Positions 25,908 to 40,689 of a stretch of 64,000 bases of DNA are shown piece after piece; the first letter of the stretch is position 1; every line of letters begins with the position of its first letter. The position numbers and the translations under genes were made by a program. The DNA is from Octopus vulgaris. Lineage: Eukaryota. The notes under the pieces are model-generated. The model did no database searches. It was not told where the DNA came from and worked only from the letters and a program-made list of their open reading frames with translations. Location of the stretch: the NCBI GenBank assembly GCA_951406725.2, contig OX597820.1, positions 17,608,001-17,672,000 of the forward strand, given 5' to 3'.

Positions 25908-26279
25908 TATATATACATATATATATTGTTAATCGTGTTGTTGAGCTTGTTGTGGCCGTCTGTGAAATTTTTTGTTTGTGTGTTTGTGTATCGGTTCATA
26001 TTCATATGTTGTATGTGTCCATTTATATATATTTTATCTATCTTTATATCATATATTTATCCCAGATTTGTAACAATTATATCTATATTTGTCTATTTAT
26101 CTATTTATACATATTTTTTTTTATCTTTTATATATCTATCTCTATTTCTCATAAGTATCACAAGTGCATATATGTCTATTGTGTCTGTGTTACCTGAATT
26201 ATTCTGTGTATTATTTACGAATCTTTGTTGCTTTTGTTTTTTCTCTCTCTTCTCATCCCTCCTGGCTTTAGTCGTGACG

Positions 26280-27950
26280 TGCGGTCGTGGGTGTTACTGT
26301 TCCGTTCATGTTTTCTATTGAGGCTCTGTGTGTCTACTGCTATGTGTCTAGCCTTTGTGATCTAAGTATCGAGTCAGTTGTAGGTGTCGATAATACCTTA
26401 ACCTCTATACTATTAATCGAGCCTCCATGTTCTGCCTACGCATGCTGGTAGAGCACTGACAAGCTTTTCCCTTCTTTGAGCTCCCGCCAATGTTCACCTA
26501 TGCGCTCTCCTATGTTGTGTGGAGTCTCTTCAATGTACGCAGTTGTCACGTTTCTGTACCGTTCCTCAGTTATATCGTAAGCTATACACTACACTCCTAA
26601 CCTTAGAGTTAACCCGTGAGTTTATTCTACATACAGCACAACTGTACTTTGTACAGAGGGGCTTATCAATGGGATAGGTATTGCAGATCAGAGATTTTAA
26701 TGGGACATCAGGCCTCTCTACTACTTTAATTCGCAGATTAGCCTTACTTAATGTTTTTCTAAAAAGGCATGGTAGTTCGCCGCCAGGGGTAGCATCGACG
26801 AACATGACACTCTGGTATTTTGTGTTGTCATACGAAGTGTTGGCCTTATTTATCTTATTACTGATCCATTCTGTCTTGTTTACTACTGTACAGCGGGTAG
26901 ATCCCCTTAATGCTAGCTCCTTTGTACAATCTAATCCTGTCCCTTAGGTTGTAGGCAGAGAACTTCATGCGGTGGATGATGTGTTGTATGTGTCTTTCGA
27001 ATTCCTTAGGGTCGCACACGCGAGACACATTCCTCATCACTCTCACCAAGTCAGCTACAAGAATGTTGAACTTGGCGGTGTCCACAATCGCTGCGTTCTT
27101 GTGAACAAGATACTTAGAAGCCATGGGTTTGGCATAACAAGAGTGAAGGATCTGCACCTTACCATTTTTCGTTTCTTGCCAGAGTTCAGTGTCTAAAATG
27201 GGTAATCTATCGTTAGGGTGCTTACTAAGGTAGTCTATCCTTATTTCTATACTCTGGTTGATTGACTTAGCTATTTGCTGGATGCTCTCCATAATGTCGG
27301 CTTCTAGATCCTTAACATTGTCTTGTAGGGGTTCTTTGACTACTACGTAGATATCATCCACGTAGCGGTAGTACATGGTAAGATTTATCGAGTTTTCTAC
27401 TAATTTTTCTTTAAGTCTCTTATCCCACCATACCATAAATAGGTTAGCCACATCGCCAGTAATACTGACACCGATGCCTGCACCTTCCTCTTGGGCGTAT
27501 ATCTTGTTATTAAACTTAAATATATGGCCCTTGAGTATGGTCTTGGTAATCACACCCACCACATGTTCGACCATCTTTTTAATCTGATCTTTATTTTCGA
27601 GGAAGCGTATAGCTCTGGTCCACCCGTTCCATCTCTCTATAGGGATCTTCTTGGCCATAGACGTTAGAGTGGCGGTAGGTCTACATTTTATCGATCTAGT
27701 GGGGCAGAACCAACTAAGGTCATGTTTATCTAAATAGCCATTATCGCATGTCTGTCTCAGGAGGAGTCCTAGTTCTTTAGTATCAACACCACGGAACTCC
27801 ACATTGCTCTCGCTGATCACTTCCACACATCTCTAAACAGCAAAATCAACATCAATGGATGGGTATAGGAACACTGCATCCATATTGCCTGTTATGCACC
27901 CCGTTAGATCGTAGTCATGGTTGCACTCATTGACTGCACTCATTGAATAA
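26280..27950 (-). mobile_element. Decayed Penelope-like element of a third lineage (RT + GIY-YIG)
   Basis: NMDAVFLYPSID (upstream of a stop). ORF 26858..27826 has QEEGAGIG...VANLFM...RYVDD...LPILDT...YAKP. Then FVDATPGGEL...IKVVER...CxxxxCxxC...VVYSL, and YIEETPHNIGERIGEH near 26.5 kb. Confidence 0.88.
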
Positions 27951-28159
27951 TTGTTACTTAGATGAACAGGACCTTAGTTGTTTCTGCCCCACTATATCGA
28001 TAAGAGGAACTTCGAAACAAAATATATTTCTGTTATAGGCAAAAAGCCTGAAATGTTGGACAAGGGGCTAGTTGAAAGGATGAAAGACGAAGTCGACCTC
28101 AGAGAAGCTTCAACACAGGACGTAAAATCAAATGAAATATTGCTAGTTTGCTAACGATT

Positions 28160-28662
28160 CTTATTTCTTTATTGCCCACAAGGGGCTAAACATAGAGGGG
28201 ACAAAAAAGGACAGACAAAGGTATTAAGTCGAATACATCGACCCCAGTGTGTAACTGGTACGTAATTTATCGACCCCGAAAGGATGAAAGGCAAAGTCGA
28301 CCTCGGCGGAATTTGAACTCAGAACGTAACGGCAGACGAAATACGGCTACGCATTTCGCCCGGCGTGCTAACGATTCTACCAGATCGCCGCCTTTTGCTA
28401 ATGCTATTTTGCTAACGATTCTGCCAGTTCGCAGCTTTAAATCTTTTACAAAATATAACCCTTTCAACTATAGGCACAAGGCCTAGATTTCGTGGGGAGG
28501 AGTAAGTTGATTACATCGAATCCAGTACTCAATTTATCGACCGCCGAAAGGATAAAAAGCAAAGTCGACCTCGGTGGAGTTTGAACTCAGAACGTAGCGG
28601 CAGACCAAATATCGCTAAGCATTTCACCCGGCGTACTAACGATTCTGCAAGCTCGCCGCCTA
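28160..28662 (-). mobile_element. Two adjacent SINE family D copies (a more decayed one lies at ~28040..28160)
   Basis: Reverse complement of the family D sequence at 28165..28395 and 28500..28662. Confidence 0.85.
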
Positions 28663-29163
28663 ATCTTTTACAAAAAAAAGAAAACAGGAAAAAATATAGC
28701 GTCTATTTATTTTTGAGATGTGTGTGTCTGAGTATACATACACACATTCATATACACATACATACATTCAGACATACATACATACATACATTCATAAACA
28801 TAGAGATACATACACACACGCATACAAACACACATGCATACAAACATACAAACGTACACACATACACACATACACACACACACGTATATATACATACATA
28901 CACACAGACATACGCTCATACATACATATATACATACAGACCTACAGACAGTCAGACATATACATGTGTGTGAGTGTGGAGGTAGAGGAAGAGAAAGAGA
29001 GAGAGAGAGAGGGAGAGAGGGAGAGAGACAAAGAAATATACGCCTAGAGAGAAATAGACAAATATATGTTAGAGCGGTAGGTAAATAGGTGACTTCGTTG
29101 AATTGTCTATTCATTCTTACTGCAGCAAAGTTATGAAGCATTACAGATTTTTGCCATACGCAG

Positions 29164-29204
<41 letters not shown>

Positions 29205-29767
29205 TATATATATATCATGTATCGGTGTATGTAATTCCGTTTTGCTTGATATTGCTTTTCAAATTCAAACGTGTGTGAGTGTGTGAGTGTTTGGATGGAC
29301 ATTGCAGATATAATAAACTGGTTGATACGTGTTTGTAGTATATAAACGTTACAAATTGATATGGTTGATGTAATGATTGGAATATTGTTATGGGTCCGTG
29401 ATGAAAGCTAAGCCATCAATAACATATACATACATACACACACCTATACATATATGTATATATACATATATATATACAAATATATATATACATATACATA
29501 TTTACATATATATATATACATATATGTATATATATATATATATATATACATACGTATATATACATACATATATATATGCACATATACATACATATATATA
29601 CATATATAAATATATACATATATATATATACATACATATATATATATATAAATATATATATATATAATATATATAAAATATAATATAATATAAAAAAATA
29701 TATATATATATATATATATACATATATATATCATTATATATATATATATTTTATATATATATTATAT

Positions 29768-29854
<87 letters not shown>

Positions 29855-29907
29855 TATATGCATTTATATATATATATGTGTGTGTATATATATATGTGTA
29901 TACACAC

Positions 29908-29951
<44 letters not shown>

Positions 29952-30463
29952 TATATGTATGTATGTATATATATATATGTATGTATGTATGTATTAATGT
30001 ATGTACGTACATATATACATGGTTTTAGATCGAGGTTTATTAAATAGTGACGAAGTTTGCATGTGATTTTTCGAAAATATTTCATTGTATATACTTACAA
30101 ATTTGCCTTTGATGTAATTTAAACACCAAAATATGTATCAGTGACAAGCATTTTTGAAAAACGGAAATGCTGAAAAATTCTTCCTTTGAAAATGCAGATC
30201 TGTGCTTCATTTAATGTCATCAAGCTTAGCTAATACATATCAACTGTCAGCTTTTAATGAATCTCATAAAATATTCTTTCTTATCGCTTCTCGTGGGAGA
30301 AATTTCAGGTGATAGGAAATAGGATATTCTGACGTTTATATTTTCACCAATAGTAAAGGCGTGACTGCAAAATAAGAGGAATGGACGTGCTAATGGTGGG
30401 AGTGTGCTTTCGTAAGCTGCGTTTTAGCCCCGTGTCGCAGAGCCGTGGTACCTTTTTTTACAT

Positions 30464-30885
30464 GAAGGCGGCGAGCTGGCAGAAACGTTAGCACGCCGGG
30501 CGAAATGCTTAGCAGTATTTCGTCTGCCGTTACGTTCTAAGTTCAAATTCCACTGAGGTTGACTTTGCCTTTCATCCTTTCGGGGTCGATAAATTAAGTA
30601 CCAGTTACGCACTGGGGTCGATATAATCGACGTAATCCGTCTGTCTGTCCTTGTTTGTCCCCTCTGTGTTTAGCCCCTTGTGGGTAGTAAAGAAATAAGT
30701 ATTTTGTCTGCCGTTACGTTCTAAGTTCAAATTCCGCCGAGGTTGACTTTGCCTTTCATCCTTTCGGGGTCGATAAATTAAGTAGCAGTTACCCACTGGG
30801 GTCGATGTAATCGACTTAATCCGTTTGTCTGTCCTTGTTTGTCCTCTCTGTGTTTAGACCCTTGTGGGTAGTAAAGAAATAGGTA
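30464..30885 (+). mobile_element. SINE family D with tandem duplication of its 3' ~185 bp
   Basis: 30515..30700 is repeated at 30699..30885. Confidence 0.88.
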
Positions 30886-31444
30886 ATATTTTTACCTGTC
30901 TAATATGAAGGGAAACATTCTGTCTGTGAATTTTGCAAGTGAAATTAACTCTATGCCTACACAAAACTTCTGGGGTTTTTTTTTCTTTACAAGTTTGACC
31001 TGCACGTCCATGCTTCTTTTCAAACGTTTAGTGAGCCTTCGTTTCATATGTTCTGAGCAATACAAAGCTTTCCTTGCATGAGTCTCAAATTACTCAGACG
31101 GTCGAGGAAATCTTGCGTATATGTATCACATATAATGCAAGGATGCCAGAGAAAATAAGTCAAGTGTGTCTCATATGGTGCACAAGTGAAGACGCGTAGA
31201 TTAATGGTTAGAGTATTCGGGTCACGACTCTGAGGTCGTGAGTTCGATTCCTGGCGGCGCATTAAGCAAGACACTTACTTTCACTTTACTCCTGTCAAGT
31301 CGTCTGGTAAAAGTAAAGAATTAGATTTATTTACAAAATTAATACATATATATGTATACCTGTAAAAAGAGAATGTAGACTTCAGATTTTCAGATGGTTA
31401 ACAATCAAGTATAAATTTATATATATATATATACTTTGATACTT

Positions 31445-31530
31445 TGATACTTTGATAGGTTTCGGCCATTATTGGCCCAGGCCATGTCTAACTTAATAGC
31501 ACCACCTGGTGAAGTCTTTCAAGTCAGAAT
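31445..31530 (-). mobile_element. Very short LINE 3' tail insertion
   Basis: Matches 24807..24880 and ends in (atcaaagt)n repeats. Confidence 0.65.
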
Positions 31531-31535
31531 TTGGG

Positions 31536-31589
<54 letters not shown>

Positions 31590-31611
31590 GCATATATATG
31601 TATATATTTAT

Positions 31612-31752
<141 letters not shown>

Positions 31753-31831
31753 TGCATGTATACATGCGCATATGTATATATATGCATATACATATATGCA
31801 CACTTAGACGTCTTAGATACATGCACATATG

Positions 31832-31871
<40 letters not shown>

Positions 31872-31888
31872 AATATATATGTATATAT

Positions 31889-31935
<47 letters not shown>

Positions 31936-32018
31936 GAAATCATGTATCTATACTTATATATCCATGCATCTATATCTGCAAATCTATATACACGTACATA
32001 TATGTATATATATATACA

Positions 32019-32054
<36 letters not shown>

Positions 32055-32703
32055 TGTATGTATGTATATACACACACACACACAAACACATATGCACACA
32101 TTTATTCTGAGAAATGACAACGCTAATGAGCAACTGCAGGAAAACATTCCTTCTATTGCTTTTCCAGTTTAGCACTTTAAAAATGATTTTGAATTACATA
32201 TTCCTTAATTGCAGCATGTGACAATGACTATATGCATATATATATATATATATATTAAAAACTACAGCAGACGTAAACGATGCTGATGGGGCAAAACTGT
32301 TCTCTAAAATAAAAATAAATTCTTGAAAACATATCCCAATTATTAAGGAATATGTTCTCTTCTTAATTTATTACCGTGAATTAAGAAAGCCTCTGAAATT
32401 GTGTCAAAAAGAAACTGCAAAGAATTAAAAAGTAAGTTTCTTCAAACCGTAGTTTGATGTTATCGTCGTTTTGAAATGTAGGTTATCACAAAATCAAAAA
32501 TTAATGCATTACGTACATCCTTATATACCTGGGTGTTTTTTTTTAATCTTTTTTGTATTATATTCCTGATCTATTCCTTGACTACATAACTATATATATA
32601 TATATAAACAGACCGATCGATAGATAGATGTAAATACATATAACAAATACTATATTCGCATATGTATGTATGTATATAAATGTATATATGTATATATATA
32701 TAC

Positions 32704-32743
<40 letters not shown>

Positions 32744-32744
32744 G

Positions 32745-32990
32745 GTGGAGGCACGTGGGTTAGTGGTTAGGGTGTCAGCATCATGATCGTAAGATTGTGG
32801 TTTCGATTCCTGGACCGAGCAACGCGTTGTGTTCTTGAGCAAAACACTTCATTTCACGTTGCTCCAGTCCACTCAGCTGGCAAAAATGAGTAACGCTGCG
32901 ATGGACTGGCGTCCCGTCCAGCTGGGGAACACATACGCCATTGAAACCGGGAAACCGGGCCCATGAGCCTGGCTTTAAAACGGCGCATTT
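32745..32990 (+). mobile_element. tRNA-derived SINE (family A)
   Basis: Near-identical to 15010..15268; lies within (TA)n. Confidence 0.9.
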
Positions 32991-32997
32991 ATATATG

Positions 32998-33077
<80 letters not shown>

Positions 33078-34444
33078 CGAGAGAAAGAGAGAGGTATTAG
33101 TATCCAGAAGCCCCAAAGAGTAACGCTAAGTATGTGCTATGGACAGACCGTAGTGTTAAACTCATGGTTCGAGACGATACGAGTGAGGAGTCTATTGTGG
33201 GTCTTGTATTAGCATGCATATATATATAGATATAATAATTATTATTTGAGGGAATAAAATCCAAACTTACAAGGAAAAAAAATCTCAAATAACTTAGCAA
33301 CGTTCTTTTCTCCTTTTCGTTTGGATTTGTATTTTTCTGTGATTAATGTTTAGCTGAGATTAATTTTGTTATTGATATATTAATAGGTGTCTGTTATTTT
33401 TAGTTGGGTGTTTTCATATTAGTTTCTCCATAAGTTGTGCTTTTCTCAATTTTTTTTTAGTTCATGAGGCTTTAAGGTTTTTCGTTTTTTTGTATTTTTC
33501 ATTGACAAAAATATTTCGCCACGTTCATTGAGTATTTATTCTATTTCTTTGCACTAAGTCTCCAAGCGATAAATTTTATATAAACGCTTTAACTATTTAC
33601 TTTAAAAATCAGTTACCCTTCAATCTTCGCTAAGCTAATTTTGACTCTAAATCGTTTCCCTATCTCATTTGAATATTGAACCGTTGTGTGTTTGAAATTA
33701 TTATTATTGTTGATATTATTATTGTGTGTTGTAATATTATTATTTATTTATAGTTTCTTGATAGTATGTTTTACGTCCGATGTTTGTTATAAAAGATTTT
33801 AACGTCTTACATATTATTTAATTTAATAATTAATATTGTTAGACTATATTTCTTTTAATAATTAGATAATAGTTTCATTAAATAGTATTATTTTTAAATA
33901 AACTAGTTTTTATTTTAATATAAAGTTTATGTTTGTTTAACTTTATTATCGTGTGATATATTAAATCGATAGATATTATACATGGATATTAATATAACGA
34001 GTTTATATAATGGATTTGAGTATATTTGTACTATTTCAAATTTTTTATTGTATTATTCATGAATGGAATCGATTGAGTTGATTAATTAGACGCTTATCAT
34101 TTTAAAATATACATAGATTAACAGAATCGTTGAACTTAGTAATTTAGTTTGCTTATCAATATTAGATAGTTCTTGCTATTATTTTGACTTTGATCGTTGT
34201 TATTATTGTTATTGTTATTGACTGGTTTTGTAGAGGACTGGTGATTGAGATTGTACATCTTCATAGTATATTGTTCTTTGGTTCTAATATTTTTGCACCT
34301 TTCTTTAATTTGAGGTTGATAGGTTTTCTTACTTTCTATTAACATATTATTCTCGCTATTATATCTTTTTATATATTTTTATATATATTGATAGATGATA
34401 GATTTTAGTTACGATAGATATATTAATTATTATATCTCTTATTT

Positions 34445-34483
<39 letters not shown>

Positions 34484-34836
34484 TGGCTTAATGTATTTGT
34501 AATATTAAATTTTAAGTTAATTAGGTATTATATTTTTTGATATTTAGTCAACTTTGTTATAGATTGTTATATTAAATCTATAGATACTACACATGTATAT
34601 TTATTATATGGTTAGCTTATTTAAGGAGTTTGTCTATATTTGAACCATTTCTTATTTTGATTACAATTTAATGACTTGTACTAGCATTGTGTATTTTATT
34701 TTATTTTAAAGTATTTAATTATTTAAGCATTACTTTATTTCTACTTATGTATATTTAGGATTTTCATATATATATATATAAATAAATATTAAAGTATATT
34801 TATAAATTAATTATTTTATTGTTCTAATTTATTTTT

Positions 34837-34923
34837 AACCTGATGAGCGACTATATTTATATCGAAGTGATTTCTCTACTACTATAATCATTTCTTAAAT
34901 ATAGCCACGAAACGCGTGTCGTT
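34837..34923 (+). ncRNA. Type I hammerhead motif with long stem II
   Basis: AAC-CTGATGA-gcgaCTATATTT...AAATATAGccac-GAAA-C-GCGT-G-TC-GTT. Confidence 0.65.
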
Positions 34924-35085
34924 TTTCTACCTATTATATACGTTTTTATTATTATTTTTTGCAATTTACTTAATCTTTGACATTTTATTGTTATTTTAAT
35001 TTAAAGTTTTCTATTATATGTAATTTTCTAGATGGTGTAATTTAATTGTTCATTTTGAATTGATAAAAGGAGTTTTTTTCTAATT

Positions 35086-35149
<64 letters not shown>

Positions 35150-35150
<1 letters not shown>

Positions 35151-35245
35151 TAGACAAAATGAGATAACAAAGCCAAGGGTGTGTGGAGTCTTCAGGACAT
35201 TTAGAAACTCCTCACAGCCTTTGCTTTGTTATCTCATTTTGTCTA

Positions 35246-35246
<1 letters not shown>
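35150..35246. repeat. ~97-bp hairpin between (TG)n and (TA)n
   Basis: ttagacaaaatgagataacaaagc / gctttgttatctcattttgtctaa pair perfectly (24 bp) and extend inward with mismatches. Confidence 0.85.
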
Positions 35247-35302
<56 letters not shown>

Positions 35303-35387
35303 TTAGAGACAAAACCACTATTTTGCAAAACAAACAAGGAAAGACTTAATCAATACATAAAATTTTAATAAAAAGTCAAAAAAACCG

Positions 35388-35430
35388 CCACTACAATTGT
35401 TTCTTGTCCTGATCGACAATCTTCAGGTGG
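35388..35430 (-). ncRNA. Minimal type I hammerhead (inverted pLTR copy)
   Basis: Exact reverse complement of 36470..36512. Confidence 0.9.
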
Positions 35431-36469
35431 ACTTCCAATCTAAAATATAAATATTTTAAAATATAAAAATAATAATTTTAAAATAATTAAAGTATTAATG
35501 AAAAAAAATATAAATATATAATCTATATATAACCTATATATAATCCATATATAATCAATATATAAACAATATATAAACTAAAATAAACCTATCAACAATT
35601 AAATATAAAATATAAAATATAAAACAAAACAAAAAATAAACTATATATACACCCATACACATATAACTAATTATATATAACCATATCTAAATACATACAC
35701 TAAATCACACACCTATATATATATCCCTATACATACACATAAAAACGTCTAGGCAACGATAAATAAATAAAATAGCCAAATACTTCAACACAATACTTAT
35801 TCATACTCCCTCACACACACATACAACCCACATTCCCGCTCTAGAAACGGACATCATTTAAAATTATGAATGGAGAAATGGAACAAATGGAATTAAAAAT
35901 TATATTCACTTGGTAAAACGAACATTACTCAAAAATTATGAATGAAATAATGTAACAAAACAACAGACATCGCAAATAGACACAAATTACTACGAATTCC
36001 TTAATAAAACCACCATGACAAACCAAAACTCACAAAAACATATAATGATAAAATCTCCCTTTACTAAACTCTATAACATACCTATATAGCAATCCCCCTA
36101 ACCTAAACATTCACACACAAATACACACACGTAAACCACACACCCACAACACATACAAATACCCACCCCACTCACACATACCTATACATACATATAAACC
36201 TCAACATATACTCCAAAAACCCACTCAACCCCACACAGACAAATAAACACATACATCCCCAAACCTATATAGCAAACCCATAAACACATTCACACACAAA
36301 TATACATACGTAAAACACACACCATATACATATACATACTCACTAAACTCGATATATACAACAATATTAACACACCCACACTCATACAGATAAACAAATT
36401 ATACAACCAAAATACGCACACACTCACACATTTTTATATTTTAAAATATTGATATTTTAGATTGGAAGT

Positions 36470-36512
36470 CCACCTGAAGATTGTCGATCAGGACAAGAAA
36501 CAATTGTAGTGG
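36470..36512 (+). ncRNA. Minimal type I hammerhead (5' pLTR)
   Basis: CCAC-CTGAAGA-TTGTC gatcag GACAA-GAAA-C-AATT-G-TA-GTGG. Predicted cleavage after 36508. Confidence 0.92.
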
Positions 36513-36746
36513 CGGTTTTTTTGACTTTTTATTAAAATTTTATGTATTGATTAAGTCTTTCCTTGTTTGTTTTGCAAAATAGTGGTTTTGTCTCTAATAA
36601 TATTATATAATATTTTACTATAAAATTGGATTTAATCCTAAATCTGATTTTTCCCTGTAAATTTGGATTTATTCCCTAATATTTATTATTTTTATTTAAT
36701 ATTGATAATTTTGTATATTGAGTGTAATACCTCAATTTCGTAAATT

Positions 36747-39266
36747 ATGGATTTTACAGGTAAGATAGAACCGCTGTTTTGGGATTCATCTTTGAAAGAT
36801 ATTCCTATTCCTTCTAGAAAGGAATTTATCTTGAAACTTGTTAATAATGTTAAAGATTTTATTTCTAGAATTAAATGGAAAGCTTTTTACTATAATTTTT
36901 ATTTATTTAATGATATTGATAGTAGGAATGATAATTTTACCTCTAAATTTAAATCTAGAAAGGAACCTCCATTTAATAAAGAATTACAATTACTTGAAGA
37001 TAGTATATGGAAGGTGGTAAAAATATTGAATTCCATAAATACCCAAATAGAAATAATGAATATTTAAGGAACTTAGCAATTAAAATTAAAGATATGAGAA
37101 ATATGGATGGTATTATAGTACAATCTGATAAAACAAGGAACCTATATAAATTAGATGTTAAATTATATGATAAACTATTAGGGAAAGAAATAATTAAAAA
37201 ATATAAAATTGTTCCAGATGATATTCTTTATAATATTAATAAGGCCTCTAAATTAGTAATGTTAAAATATGAGTTGGATAATAAAACTGAACCTTATGTA
37301 CCTTTGCACCCCAGAATTACTCTTAAAGACCATAAAGATAATTTTTATTCAGACCCTAAAGTTAGATTAATTTGCCCATGTAAATCGGACCTAGGTAAAT
37401 TAAGTAAATTTATTTTAGATAAATATATCGATAAGTTAAATAAACTTAATTATTTAAAATTATGGTTTAGTAATAACAATACATTGAAATGGTTTAATAA
37501 TATTAAAGATAAAAATCGTTATAAATTTATTCAAATATATATAGATAATTATTATTCTTCTATTAATGAAATTGTGTTTAATAAAGCGCTTATTTTCGCA
37601 ATGAATAAAGTGGGTATGTCACGGGAAGAAGTTAATGTAATTAAAATGGCTAGGAAATCGCTAATTAAATATAAAAATAAATTATGGGCTAGGAATGATA
37701 CTAGAGATTGTTTTGATATACCTATGGGAGCACCAGATTCTGCACAGGCTACTGATTTAGTAGGTATTTTTCTTTTATCTGAACTCCAATTAGAAAATCT
37801 TAAGATAGAGGGTGGCTTATATAGAGACGATCTTCTACTAGTTACAAAGAATTGTACTAATAGGAATCTAGAAGTATATAAGAAAAAACTATATAGTTTC
37901 TTTAAAAGATATGGTTTAAGTATTACTATATATAAGGAGAATTATAATGTTAATTATTTAGATGTTAATTTTAATCTTATTACTGGTAAAACACAACCAT
38001 ATCATAAATTTAATGAGAACCTTAGATATATAAATGTTAATAGTAATCACCCATTTTCTATTAAAAAATCGTTGATTAATAATATAAGTAAACGTATTTC
38101 ATTACTCTCTTATGATATAGAGATTTTTAATAAACATGCTAATTATTATAATGAGGCCCTTAGAGGGGCAGGTTATAATAGGAATATTAAATTTTATAAT
38201 ATTAGTGATAAAGATTTAAATGATAATTTTCGAGATACTTCTAATAATAATTATAATTTTGTTAGGTTTAGTGGTAAAAATAATAGATATTATAAAAAAA
38301 ATAATAAAAATGATAAAAAATATAAATAAGAATAATAATAATAATAATAAAAATAATAATAATAATAATACAAATAAGAATAATAAAAATAAAAATAAAT
38401 TTAATAATTATTATAATAATTATATTGATAAAATTAATAATATTAATAATTCCTTAAATGCTGTACACAGATATAATTCTGATAATAATTTTAATAAAAT
38501 AAAGAATTATAAATATATTTATAATAATGATAATAATAATAAGGTTAATAAGAATAAAATTTGGTTAATAGTTCCTTATGGAGATCAAGTAAAAACGAAT
38601 ATTATTAAAGAGATTTTAGATGTTATAGAACTATTTATTAGAGATAATCGTAAATATAGAAACATTTTCTCTATTAATAATTTTGGAGTAGGTTATTCTA
38701 CCACTAATAATGTAGGTAACATTATTTCTTCATTTAATAAATATAAACTGAATAATTTTTATAAAAAGAAATTATTTGATAATAATATTAATAATGATAA
38801 GACTTATATTAATTGTACATGTAGAGATAAATCTAATTGTATGTTAAATAATAATTGTGATATTAACGATGTAGTGTATAAATGTATAGTTACATTACAT
38901 GATAATAACTTTAAGAATAATAATTACCCAAAAGCGGTTTATATAGGTTCTACTTCCTCAAAAATAAAATTAAGAATCGCACAACATATGAATTCTTTTA
39001 AAAATAAAAACTTAATCAACTCAACCGGACTTAGTAAGTACATTTGGAGTCTTAAATCACTAAATATTAATTATAGTTTAATTTGGGAAATAATTTGTAA
39101 AACTAAATCATATACTATAGGAGCTAATTGTTGTTATTTATGCTCTAATGAGTTTAAAGAAATTTTATTTTATAAGTATGATAATTTACTTAATACTGGT
39201 GAAGAGCGCAAAATAAAATGCAGACATAAGTTACTTTACCTATATAATAAGTTTCATGATAAATAG
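36747..39266 (+). CDS. Naiad-type PLE polyprotein (RT, Asn-rich insert, CxCx4Cx4C linker, GIY-YIG), broken by two frameshifts
   Basis: SLKDIPIPS...RIKWKA, SDKTRNLYK, ITLKDHK...RLICPCKSDLG, FDIPMGAPDSA...LVG, GLYRDD, NYLDVNFNL, SNHP, CTCRDKSNCMLNNNC, VVYK...YIGST...R...H, CYLC, KCRH. The frameshifts lie in A-rich runs (~37020 and ~38300). The first RT Asp motif reads QIYIDNYY, so that Asp may be lost. Confidence 0.88.
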
Positions 39267-40689
39267 CATTAATAGTTCCCTATTAGGTTACTTTAGTTTA
39301 GTTTAAATTAGTTTAGATAATTATATTTATTTGGTTATGTAGTCTAGGCTTTAATTATAGTTAGTCTTTATTGATATTTCTTTGTTTTAATTAGTTCATT
39401 TTTAATGTATATTAATATAACAGTTTATGGTACGTTAAAACTTTAATAATTTTTATTAGATTTTTTTATTTTCTTTAATTATATATATTTTTTTTAAAAT
39501 TTTATTTTATTATGTATTTTTATTATGCATTTGTTATATGTATATTGGAGGATATATTTATATGGATGATGGGTGTTATTTAGTGGTGTATATATTGAGT
39601 TTTGTATGTATGTGTGAATGTTTACGATCCCTTTGTTTTTTATTTGGTATGTTGAATTGACAGATTTTATTTGGGTATTGTCTGTTATAATAAAGTACAC
39701 ACACCCATAACAAATACAAGTGCCCACCTCATTCGCGCGTACCTGGAATTACGTATGAGCCTCAACATATGCACCAAGGGACCACTCCCACCCACACGGA
39801 CAAATAAACACATACATCCCCAAAAATGGGCGTAATCCCACTCACACCAATCATACATGTATACAATTACACACACAAGAACAATACATAACTAACCCAA
39901 ATATACAGAACATACCACAAATCACCAACATACCACCATCACAAATGAAACCCACACCCATACAATGACAAAACTCCCCCCTCCATACCCAATTACACCC
40001 ACATAGCAATCCCCATATATTCATCCATACACAAACACACATACGCAAAATACACACACACAACACATACGTACAACCCCCCCAAACACACTCATATACA
40101 TACGTATCAAACTCGACATCCACAACAATACGCTCACACCCATTCACACCCAGATGAACAAACTACACAACCAAAAAACGCACACACACACACGTGTGCG
40201 TATTTTAATTGTGCAATTCACCCATCCGCATGAATGCGGGCGCGAACACACCGTTGCACATATTGAGCCCAACAAGCATGCACATGTACATGTGAGGGGG
40301 TACACGCACATGCCGTGCGCGTATACCCCCCGCACTTATACCCGTGCGTGAATATACACATGGAGACTACCACACAGGTACAAACGTGCATAGCAAAGGG
40401 AGCCCCATCACTACACTCAATGCATACTATTACCCATCCGCACGGATGTGGAAGCGAATCACCGGTGCATATGTTGAGGCTCATGCGTAGCACTATGGAG
40501 GCGAACGTCATTGGAATTATGAGTGGAATAAGTGGAATTGGGAATTGTAACCGGGTGGTGGGCTAGCGTTGCTTAGAGTTGGGAATGGATTAATGTAGTA
40601 GAATAGCAGATATCGAGGATAGACGTAGATTGCTACGAATTGTTTATTAGGACTACCAGGATAAACTAAGGCTCATAAATACATATAAT

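Noticed and set aside
36747-39266. Selenocysteine recoding, reported for some Naiad elements
   Set aside because: The ORF breaks are frameshifts in A-rich runs, not in-frame TGA. The linker cysteines are TGT codons, and I could not identify a SECIS.
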